From contig RQSC01000018.1 of assembly GCA_013416795.1 (NCBI GenBank), positions 326,170-338,697 on the forward strand: DNA of 12,528 nt, read 5' to 3'. A model generated the notes under the pieces. It did no database searches. It saw nothing but the letters and a program-made list of their open reading frames with translations, and was not told the DNA's origin. Positions within the stretch are counted from its first letter, which is position 1. Each line of letters begins with the position of its first letter. Below are positions 1 to 7,381 of the stretch, piece by piece. Source of the stretch: Prasinococcaceae sp. CCMP 1430 (lineage: Eukaryota; Plantae; Prasinodermophyta). The translations under genes were made by a program, and so were the position numbers.

Positions 1-1
1 C

Positions 2-1020
2 ATGGGCGCGCCCTCCGTCGGCGAGAGCTACTACGCGGTGCTGGGCGTCGCGCGCGACGCGACGCCGGAGGAGGTGCGCGCGGCCTTCCGCGCCGTCGCG
101 CTCGACACGCACCCGGACAGCGGCGCGGCGGGCGCCGCCGCGCCGGAGGCCGCGGCCCGCTTCCAGCACGCAAAGGAGGCGTACGACGTGCTGCGTCGAG
201 CCGACTCGCGCGCTGAGTACGACGCGGCGCTCGCGCGCGTGGAGGGGCTCGCGGGCTTCGGGCGGGGAAGGGGCAACGCGGGGCTTGGCAGGTCTGTGCC
301 CGTGCGCTTGCACGCGTGCGAGAGAGCGAGAGAGAGTGAGACAGAGAGAGAGAGAGCGCTCTAGCATGCGCGTGGTCATTTGGCGTGCACGAGAGCGAGC
401 ATGCGCGTGCGCGTGCATGCGTGCACATGCATCTGACCGCCAAGCGCGCGCGCGGGCGCGCCTGCCCACGCGCGTGCGCGCTCAGCGATGGCGAGTGGAT
501 GGGTCCGGGCATGCGAGCGCGCGTCGACGCCGCGCGGCGCTGGCGCGCCAAGCGCGACGCGCGCGCTCAGTCGCACGCGGAGCGCAGCGCCTCCGCCGAG
601 GCTGCCATGGGTGCAGAGGAAGCGAACGAGGCCGAGGAGCTACTCAAGCGCTTCAGGGAGGTGAGCGTGTGTCGACCGCCCGCGGGCGAAGCGCCACGTG
701 TGAGCCAGTGCGCGCGTGCGCGTGCGTGCACATGCGTGCCCGCGCAGCGCGCATGTGCGCGTCCTCTCGTGTGCATGCGCTCCGCAGGCGCGCACGTGTC
801 CTCATCCTGACGCCGCGCGCGTGCCTGCGCGCAGTCGGAGCGACACAAGCGCAGCGAGCGGGCGCAGCAGCGCAGCAGCGCTGGCGGCGGTGCGAGTACA
901 CACACGCGCGTGCGCATGGCGGGTGGGGTCGGGCGTGCGCGGCTGTTTGCTGCGGGCGGGGCGGCGGCGGCGGCCGCAGCAGCAGCATGGTGCTGGGCAG
1001 CGCGGCCGAGCGACGCGTGA
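2..1020 (+). CDS. DnaJ/Hsp40 J-domain protein (probably 3 exons)
   Basis: Exon 1 (2-291) encodes YYAVLGV...THPD...F...EAYDVL...R.EYD, a J domain with the HPD motif. Donor AG|GTCTGT at 292, CTGAC at 433-437, acceptor CTCAG at 485. Exon 2 is 486-660 (SDGEWMGPG...LLKRFRE), with donor GAG|GTGAGC at 661, CTGAC at 807-811 and acceptor GCAG at 834. Exon 3 starts at 835 and reads to TGA at 1018-1020; a further small intron after 889 is possible. The J domain is secure, the 3' structure less so. Confidence 0.8.
320..356. repeat. Imperfect (AG)n microsatellite in J-protein intron 1
   Basis: gagagagcgagagagagtgagacagagagagagagag read directly. Confidence 0.9.
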
Positions 1021-1029
1021 CGAACAGAT

Positions 1030-1035
1030 AATAAA
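1030..1035 (+). promoter_or_regulatory. Candidate AATAAA polyadenylation signal for the J-protein gene
   Basis: AATAAA lies 10 nt after the inferred stop, in the 127-bp gap between convergent genes. Function is inferred. Confidence 0.35.
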
Positions 1036-1147
1036 CCCATCACTTGCACGCACGCGTGGGCACAGCCGACGTGCGCCGCGCGCATGCATGCGCGCGCGCA
1101 TGCACATGCCTGTACTCGCTCGTTCGTGCGCTCCATCTGCGGCATGC

Positions 1148-1753
1148 TCAGCGGCCATTGCTGCCATCGCTGCCACCGACGTCCGGCTCGGGTGACCCCT
1201 CTCCAACGGGCTGGGTGGCGCCCGTGTTCTTGTTGAGCTGCGCGCGCACCCGTCGCGCGAGAGGCATAGGGGGAGGAGCGTCGCGGCTCGGACGTGTGAG
1301 CGCCGAGCACGTCCGCCAACAACCCCACGGTGAAGCGCGCCTCCGTGCGGACACGCGCACGCGCGCACGCCTTCGCGCTCGCACCTCCACGCACGCGTCG
1401 ATCCACTCGGAGAAGACATCGATGGCCTCGGTCAGGTTGTTGGCGGTGGTCGTATACCGCGCCTCACACTGTGCGCGCGCGCGCATGCGTGAGTGAGTGA
1501 GTGAGCGCATGGCCCGTCAGCGCGCGCGGGCATTGGCCCCGGCCCCCACTCTCCTCCCCACCTGCCCCCTCCACGCGGGCGAATATGGCGCACGCACCCT
1601 CTCGCAAGCGAGCGTGGCCATCATCGCGTCCTTTTTGTCGATATAGCACTTGACGGAGTCCTTGTTGCCGCAGTACGGGCAGTCGAACACCTTGGCCACC
1701 TTGAGCTGCTTCCTCCCCTTGAACGGCTTCTTGGCGGACTTGCGCTTCCCCAT
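1148..1753 (-). CDS. ELF1: Transcription elongation factor 1 homolog (Elf1/ELOF1, C4 zinc ribbon), 3 exons
   Basis: Exons 1753-1598, 1468-1385 and 1237-1148 with GT-AG introns (AGG|GTGCGT, GAG|GTGCGA). Spliced protein: MGKRKSAKKPF...VFDCPYCGNKDSVKC...LACERCEARYTTTANNLTEAIDVFSEWIDACVELN..., with the Elf1 MGKRK start, the CxxC...CxxC zinc ribbon and the DVFSEWIDAC signature. Confidence 0.95.
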
Positions 1754-1819
1754 GGATGGCGCCGCGCCGCCGCCGCGCGCGCCGCGCGCGCCGCCCCCTC
1801 CAGCCGCCGCCTCCCCCCC

Positions 1820-1995
1820 NNNNNNNNNNNNNNNNNNNNNNNNNNNNNNNNNNNNNNNNNNNNNNNNNNNNNNNNNNNNNNNNNNNNNNNNNNNNNNNNN
1901 NNNNNNNNNNNNNNNNNNNNNNNNNNNNNNNNNNNNNNNNNNNNNNNNNNNNNNNNNNNNNNNNNNNNNNNNNNNNNNNNNNNNNNNNNNNNNNN
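1820..1995. other. Assembly gap (176 N)
   Basis: Run of N flanked by a C-run on the left and a G-run on the right. It probably contains the WD40 gene start and part of the shared promoter. Confidence 1.
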
Positions 1996-1996
1996 G

Positions 1997-3904
1997 GGGG
2001 CGCGCGGCCCGGCCGGGCTGGGCAGCGTGCGGCGCGCGGCACAGCGAGCGGCCGTGCCGCGTCTGTGCCTGCACGCCCACATGCGCGGGCACGGCGGGTG
2101 TGTCAACACCGTCGCGTGGGACGAGTGCGGGGAGGCGTTGCTGTCGGGGTCGGACGACCTGTCGCTTTGCGTCTGGCGCGCGGCGGACCTCACGCTGCGC
2201 GCGCGCGCGCGCACCGCGCACTCAAACAACATATTCTGCGCGCGCTTCGTGCCCGGCAGCGGCTGCGCACGCGCGGTCAGCTGCGCTGCCGACGGCGCGG
2301 TGCGCCTCGTGCACCTGCCTGCGGACGGCAGTAGCATCGGGAGCCCTGGCGGCATGCGAGGCGGCGATTCGAGCGACGAGCTCATCGCGCAGTGGGACGG
2401 CATGCTCATGAAGTTCGCATTCGCGCCCGGGAGCTCGGACGTGTTCGTGACGACGCAGCAAGACGGCGCCGTCCGCTGCTACGACCTGCGCGCGAGGCTG
2501 CGCGCAGCCAACGGCGCGGGGGCGCTGGCCTCGCGGCCGACGACGCGACGGCGCCACGTCAACCTCATCGGCGGAGCTGAAGAGGAGGGCACGGGGGGCG
2601 GCCTTCGCTCCATCTCGACGGTGTCGACCTCGGACGTGTGCTTCGACCCGATGCGCCCGGAGACGATGGCCGTCGCCTCGGACGCGGACCACGTCGTGCT
2701 GTACGACATACGGAGGGCGGGCGAGGTAGCGGCTATCCACCCGAGGGATTGGTCCAGTGGGAGCGGCGCAAGCGCAGACACCGGACTTGAGGGCCTCGCT
2801 GCCACCTCGGCGCGCATGCTGCAGCCGGCGGGGACGCTGGGCTGCCACACGGAGGGAGTGTCAGGCATAGACTATGACTCCCGGGGCAGGCTGCTCATCA
2901 GCTACCGCGGGGGGCACATGTACGTGGTAGACACCCGCGCTGCGGGACGCGGCGTCCCACAGCCGCGCGAGGACAGATGGGCGGGCGGTAGTGGCAGTGG
3001 CGGGCGCGAGACCGGAGGACCGAGTCCCGATAGTGGCGAAGGTGGAGGCGACGAGGACCCCCAAGAGGAGCTGGGCGGACCCGGAAACAACGACCGCGAA
3101 GGGGAGGACGAGGAGGACGAGGGTGACCTGCTTAGCACGGCTGCACTCGAGCGCATGGTGCGCGCAAGTGACGAGGCCACCATGGATGTCTTCGTGCGCC
3201 TCGTGCGAGAGCGACAGGCGAAGCTCAGGCGTCGGCAGCTCAACAAGTGCGAGACGCACTTCGAGTCCGAGCTCAAGGGGCATCTCAACCGACGCACCTT
3301 CCTCAAAGAGGCGCGGTTCTTCGGCGAGGGCGAGTACGCCGCCTGCGGCTCGGACTGCGGCCACCTCTTTGTTTATGAAACCCGCAGCGGCAAGCTGCTA
3401 CGCCGCATCCCGGCGGACTCGAGCATCGTGAACTGCGTCGCGCCGCACCCGCGAGGGCTGCCTATTTTGGCCGTCTCAGGCATCGACGACGATTGGCGCG
3501 TGCTCGGACCGGGCTCTGCGCACGCGGTGCCGCCACCTGAGGGGGTCTCGGTGGGTGATATTGCAGAGCTTAGCGCGTCGTCCGAGTCGCACCGCCTCGA
3601 GCGCGCGAGCGTGGCCACGCCGCTCGCGCAGCCCGGCGGTGCGGCGAGCTGTGACGCGGGCGTCGTGTTGGGCAGCCGCATCATCACTCGACGTCGCGCC
3701 GACATGAGCTTGCTCGGAGATTCGAGCGATGACTACGGTGGCTCGGACTCAATGGACGAGGACTACGACACGGACACGGACGAAGAGGAAGACGACGACG
3801 CAGACACAGACACAGACACGGAGTTGTCCGATCGCCCCGACGAGCACTCAGACGCCACAGACACTGAGAGCACCGGCACAGACACGAGTGCGGAAGACAC
3901 CTGA
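1997..3904 (+). CDS. WD40-repeat protein of the DCAF6/DCAF8/WDTC1 family (putative CUL4-DDB1 substrate receptor), 5' end in the gap
   Basis: The frame is open from the gap to TGA at 3902-3904. Family-type motifs: GHGGCVNTVAWDECGEALLSGSDD, HSNNIFCARFVP, YDLR/YDIR (WDxR-like), and the C-terminal block KGHLNRRTFLKEARFFG..AACGSDCGHLFVYE...ADSSIVNCVAPHP..PILAVSGID. Acidic insert and acidic tail. Confidence 0.85.
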   Translation, partial: GARGPAGLGSVRRAAQRAAVPRLCLHAHMRGHGGCVNTVAWDECGEALLSGSDDLSLCVWRAADLTLRARARTAHSNNIFCARFVPGSGCARAVSCAADGAVRLVHLPADGSSIGSPGGMRGGDSSDELIAQWDGMLMKFAFAPGSSDVFVTTQQDGAVRCYDLRARLRAANGAGALASRPTTRRRHVNLIGGAEEEGTGGGLRSISTVSTSDVCFDPMRPETMAVASDADHVVLYDIRRAGEVAAIHPRDWSSGSGASADTGLEGLAATSARMLQPAGTLGCHTEGVSGIDYDSRGRLLISYRGGHMYVVDTRAAGRGVPQPREDRWAGGSGSGGRETGGPSPDSGEGGGDEDPQEELGGPGNNDREGEDEEDEGDLLSTAALERMVRASDEATMDVFVRLVRERQAKLRRRQLNKCETHFESELKGHLNRRTFLKEARFFGEGEYAACGSDCGHLFVYETRSGKLLRRIPADSSIVNCVAPHPRGLPILAVSGIDDDWRVLGPGSAHAVPPPEGVSVGDIAELSASSESHRLERASVATPLAQPGGAASCDAGVVLGSRIITRRRADMSLLGDSSDDYGGSDSMDEDYDTDTDEEEDDDADTDTDTELSDRPDEHSDATDTESTGTDTSAEDT

Positions 3905-3932
3905 GCGCGGCCGATAGGGCGCGTCGACAGCG

Positions 3933-3937
3933 TGTAA
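3933..3937 (+). promoter_or_regulatory. Candidate TGTAA (UGUAA) polyadenylation signal
   Basis: 28 nt after the WD40 stop. UGUAA is the established near-upstream poly(A) element in chlorophyte algae such as Chlamydomonas. Confidence 0.45.
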
Positions 3938-4001
3938 CAGAAGCCGGACGACGCAATGCACGTGCAGTGCGCTCTGGCGCTCCCTTTTGCGCGCCCGCGC
4001 C

Positions 4002-7000
4002 ATGCCATCGCGCGCGCTCTGCCAGCGCGCCGCTTTTTCCAGCCTGCCGTCCTCGCGAGTAGTGGCGGGGCTGTTGCGCGCCACTGCGGTGCCAGAGGCG
4101 GCCGCCGGCGCGCGGCGGGCGCGCCCAGGCGCCGTCGACCTCTTCTGCGCGGTGACGGGCTCGGGCGACCGCGCGCTCGCGGAGCGCCTGCTCACCGACG
4201 CGGGAGGCGACGCCAACGCCGCCGCGGACGCGTTCTTCCGCCGGGAAGGGGTGGAGGCCGCCAAGTCGGCCCTGCGCGGGGTGGGGGGCACGCTCGTCCT
4301 CGGCAGCACGCAGCGCGTGGTGAGGGGCTCCGGTATCGAGCGCGACGCTGAACGCGAGGCCAGCGCGCTTCGGGGGCTCGCTGCCCCGGGTCGCGGCGCG
4401 CCGGGAGCGCACGCCGACGCCCAGCGCGGATGGGCTCATGCCGTGCTGCCGGCGGAGCTGCGCGCCGCGGGATTCTCAGCGCTGCGTGAGTTCGCGGACG
4501 ACGTGGCCGAGCAGTGCGCCTCCGACGCCGCGGCTAACGACGCGCTGCTGCGCGCCGTCGCCGCGAAGTCCCCGCGTGCGCTCTACTGCGACTCGGCGTT
4601 TCCAGCCGGTGCGGCCTCCATCGACGGCGGCGGCAGCGACGGGGGAGAGCACCACACGCCACCACAGCCGCCGGCCTGCCGCTGCGGCGACGGCCAGCCG
4701 GCTGCATGCAAGCGCGTGAGCAAGGACGGCCCGAACCAGGGGAAGCTGTTCTACTGCTGCGCCCGTGAGCTCTCGGCGGAGCGCTGCGGGTTTTTCGCGT
4801 GGGCGCCTCGCGGCGCTCGCCCGAGCGGGCCGCAGCGCGCGCAGGCCGAGCGCGTGTGGCGGCGCTGTTCGCCGCCGCTGTTCAGGCTCGCAGCCGCGCG
4901 CGGGCCGTCCGCGGATGACGTGAGGCAGGGCTCGGTGGGGGACTGCTGGTTCGTCAGCGTGCTCGCTGTGCTCGCGACGCGTCCTTCGCTCGTGCGGATG
5001 CTGTTGCCTCAGCCCAGCGCCGCTGCTGCAGTGGGCGCGCACCGCGTGCGCCTTTTCATCGACGGTCACTGGCGCGAGCTTTTGCTTGACGACAAGTTTC
5101 CTTGCACAGTCGCGCAGGGGCACAGATTGGCCTACGCCAAGGCTGCTGGCGCAGAGGGCGACCAACTGTGGGTGCCCCTTCTCGAGAAGGCGTACGCGCG
5201 CGCCCACGGCAGCTATTCGGCCATCTCGGGGGGGTGGATGGCTGAGGCCATGCTGGACGTCACGGGGTGCAGCTGCGAATCCGTGTGGTTCCATGAGAAA
5301 GGCTTCGACTTTCAGCTCACGTGGGCTCGCATGCTGAGCTGGGCGGACAGTGGCTTCATGCTCGCCCTCGCCACCGGCGCGGGGGGCGCACAGCTACGCA
5401 AGACTGGGCTCGTCGGCGGCCACGCGTACAGCGTCCTGGAGGTGCGCGAAATCACCGACGCCAGGCCCTCGCGACAGACCAAACTGTCTGCGTTCTTCGC
5501 GGGATCCTCCAGTGAGCTGACCGGTAAGGGCAAGGAGAAGGCGGACGCAGCGGCGGGCGCGCGCGGCCGTGCGGACGCGGAGGTGCCCGAAGGCGGTGCG
5601 GTGGCGGCACGCGCAAAACGTATGCGGGTGGACGATGGGGTCGCAAGCACTGTCGACCTCACGACAGAGTCGGCCTCTGACGACGACTGCATCGTCGTCT
5701 CCGACACGAAAGCGGCACATGCTGGCGTTGTGGATGCACGCACCCGCGGTGATGCAGAGCTTGCGAAGGCGCTTCAACGCGAGGAGGGGCACGGCCTCGG
5801 AGATGCTGACGTGGTGTGCGTGGGGGTTGCGGAGGCGCCGGCGTATTCGTTCGAAGACGAGGTGCTTCGGCTCGTGTCGATACGCAATCCGCACGGAAGG
5901 GGCACCGGTTTCACTGGCGACTTCGGGCGGAAGAGTGCCGTGTGGAACGACAAGCTGCGCGCAGTGCTCGGGGGCGCATCCAGAACGGCCCGCAGCGATG
6001 GCAGCTTCTGGATGACGTACGAGGACGTCGTGAAGCATTTCGTCCTGCTTGACTGCTGCCGAGTGCCGCGTGGGCCCTTTTTCTCGGGCTCGTTCGACGT
6101 GACCATCGAGGCCGCGCGCACAGACTCGGGGTCGTCCCTGGTTCTGCGCGCGCTCGGCGGGTTGCGCGCGCCTGTCCAAGTCGCGTCTGTCCAGCCGACG
6201 AAGAGGAGCAGGATGGGCGAATCGCACTGGTACGTTCCTTCCGGGCTTGCGTACGGGGATGGCGCGGGCCAGGGCCTGACTGCCCGAGCCCACGGCGCGG
6301 ATCGCGTGGCATCGCACAGCGTCATGGTGTCTGAGGTCCCCGTGTGCATCTCGGCGTTCTCGCTGCACACGCGCGTTGGCAAGAGCGCATCCCTGGTGCT
6401 CCGCGTGGTCTCTCCAGTACCTCTCGCGGTGCGCGAGGTGCCGTGCGCGCCGCGCGAGCCGCTGTGTCTGGCGTTCGCGCGCGCCGCCATCGGCGAGGCG
6501 AGCGGCAACGGCCAAGGCGCTTCGTCCGGCGCGCGCGTGTCGAAACGGCACTACCTGGGCGCAGGCTCGATGCTCGCGTGCGTGGGCACGGCCGCCGACG
6601 GCGATGCCACGCTGGTGGCCGTCAACGCGTCGGCGTCCGAGCGCCTGTTTCTGCGCCTCGCGATCTCGGCCAAGTCCGGGTCGGTGAAGAGGGGGCCTGG
6701 CGCGCGGCAGCCCGTGCTGTGCGAGGACGGTTCGTGGGCCGTCTGCGTTCCCCCAGGGGCCTGCCGCGTCGTCGCCAGTGCGGCGGCTCTGTCGACGTGG
6801 GAGTGGGCGTTCGAGTACAGGTACCAGCGCGAGCGCGCTTCGGGCGGCGCGTGGCCCGCGCCGACGAACGACGGCGCGTGGGCGCAGGCGCCGGCGCCAG
6901 CGGCACATCGCCGCCGCCGAGGCCGCCGCCGGCTTCAGGCCCGAGGCGCGCGGGGGCTACCGGCGCGGCTGCGCGGGGGCCAGGTGCGTCGCGGCGTAGC

Positions 7001-7091
7001 GTGGCGGGCGCCAGAGGGAAGGGGGTTGGGGGGAGAGAGGAGGCGAGGGCGGGCCCCCCCCACACACACACACATCCCTTGTTGTACATAA
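4002..7091 (+). CDS. Calpain-family (CysPc, SOL/CAPN15-like) cysteine protease with UBA-like domain, GRF zinc finger and PIP/SIM/MIU-bearing insert
   Basis: Long ORF from ATG at 4002. CysPc motifs: YCDSAFP (4584), VWRR (4854), QGSVGDCW (catalytic Cys 4944-4946), WVPLLEKAYA..HGSY, GHAYSVL (His 5421-5423), IRNPHG (Asn 5886-5888), FWMTYED (6006). A domain-III/SOL-like region follows. The exact 3' end is uncertain. Confidence 0.9.
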   Translation: MPSRALCQRAAFSSLPSSRVVAGLLRATAVPEAAAGARRARPGAVDLFCAVTGSGDRALAERLLTDAGGDANAAADAFFRREGVEAAKSALRGVGGTLVLGSTQRVVRGSGIERDAEREASALRGLAAPGRGAPGAHADAQRGWAHAVLPAELRAAGFSALREFADDVAEQCASDAAANDALLRAVAAKSPRALYCDSAFPAGAASIDGGGSDGGEHHTPPQPPACRCGDGQPAACKRVSKDGPNQGKLFYCCARELSAERCGFFAWAPRGARPSGPQRAQAERVWRRCSPPLFRLAAARGPSADDVRQGSVGDCWFVSVLAVLATRPSLVRMLLPQPSAAAAVGAHRVRLFIDGHWRELLLDDKFPCTVAQGHRLAYAKAAGAEGDQLWVPLLEKAYARAHGSYSAISGGWMAEAMLDVTGCSCESVWFHEKGFDFQLTWARMLSWADSGFMLALATGAGGAQLRKTGLVGGHAYSVLEVREITDARPSRQTKLSAFFAGSSSELTGKGKEKADAAAGARGRADAEVPEGGAVAARAKRMRVDDGVASTVDLTTESASDDDCIVVSDTKAAHAGVVDARTRGDAELAKALQREEGHGLGDADVVCVGVAEAPAYSFEDEVLRLVSIRNPHGRGTGFTGDFGRKSAVWNDKLRAVLGGASRTARSDGSFWMTYEDVVKHFVLLDCCRVPRGPFFSGSFDVTIEAARTDSGSSLVLRALGGLRAPVQVASVQPTKRSRMGESHWYVPSGLAYGDGAGQGLTARAHGADRVASHSVMVSEVPVCISAFSLHTRVGKSASLVLRVVSPVPLAVREVPCAPREPLCLAFARAAIGEASGNGQGASSGARVSKRHYLGAGSMLACVGTAADGDATLVAVNASASERLFLRLAISAKSGSVKRGPGARQPVLCEDGSWAVCVPPGACRVVASAAALSTWEWAFEYRYQRERASGGAWPAPTNDGAWAQAPAPAAHRRRRGRRRLQARGARGLPARLRGGQVRRGVAWRAPEGRGLGGERRRGRAPPTHTHIPCCT
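4131..4238 (+). other. UBA-like (UBA_4-type) domain within the calpain
   Basis: AVDLFCAVTGSGDRALAERLLTDAGGDANAAADAFF fits the F..vTG......A..lL......l..A...FF pattern of the N-terminal UBA-like domains of p47, DCN1 and TDP2. Confidence 0.7.
4677..4802 (+). other. GRF-type zinc finger within the calpain
   Basis: CRCGDGQPAACKRVSKDGPNQGKLFYCCARELSAERCGFFAW matches CxC...V.K.GpN.Gr.Fy.C......C.FF.W. Confidence 0.85.
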
Positions 7092-7381
7092 GTATACCAA
7101 CATTATTTTTTACATTATATGTACACACGGGAGACTATACTGCACATGCCACGCGTCTCGACCCTAACCTCCCATCCGCCGCGTTGGCGCGCAATTTAAC
7201 TTAATTTGACCACATTTTTGGACCCTAATTGCAATTCACGCCCCATACATGAAAATGAGCGCGCGCGTGCGTTTTGATGTGCGGCCCGCGAGGGGCGCGC
7301 GCGCGCGCGCGCGTGCGCGCGCGCGGCACGCGCAACGCACAGGCATAAGCACACACACGTAACACGAGTGCACTCGCGCNC

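Noticed and set aside
4002-4130. Organellar transit peptide on the calpain
   Set aside because: The Arg/Ser/Ala-rich composition is suggestive but is also the default for GC-rich codons, and it conflicts with the nuclear motifs. It is not supportable without a predictor or localisation data.
5475-5510. CRL4-Cdt2 PIP degron in the calpain
   Set aside because: It lacks TD at PIP positions 5-6 and the basic residue at +4 (QTKLSAFFAGSS), so it is a plain PIP box only.
5394-6908. Long antisense and alternative-frame ORFs (e.g. 5394-6908 -, 7396-8637 +, 2861-3364 -, 4476-5294 -)
   Set aside because: They are Arg/Ala-rich shadows of real genes, expected in high-GC DNA with few stops, and contain no recognisable motifs.
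7162-7228. Telomeric repeats (CCCTAA)
   Set aside because: Two isolated hexamers, not an array.
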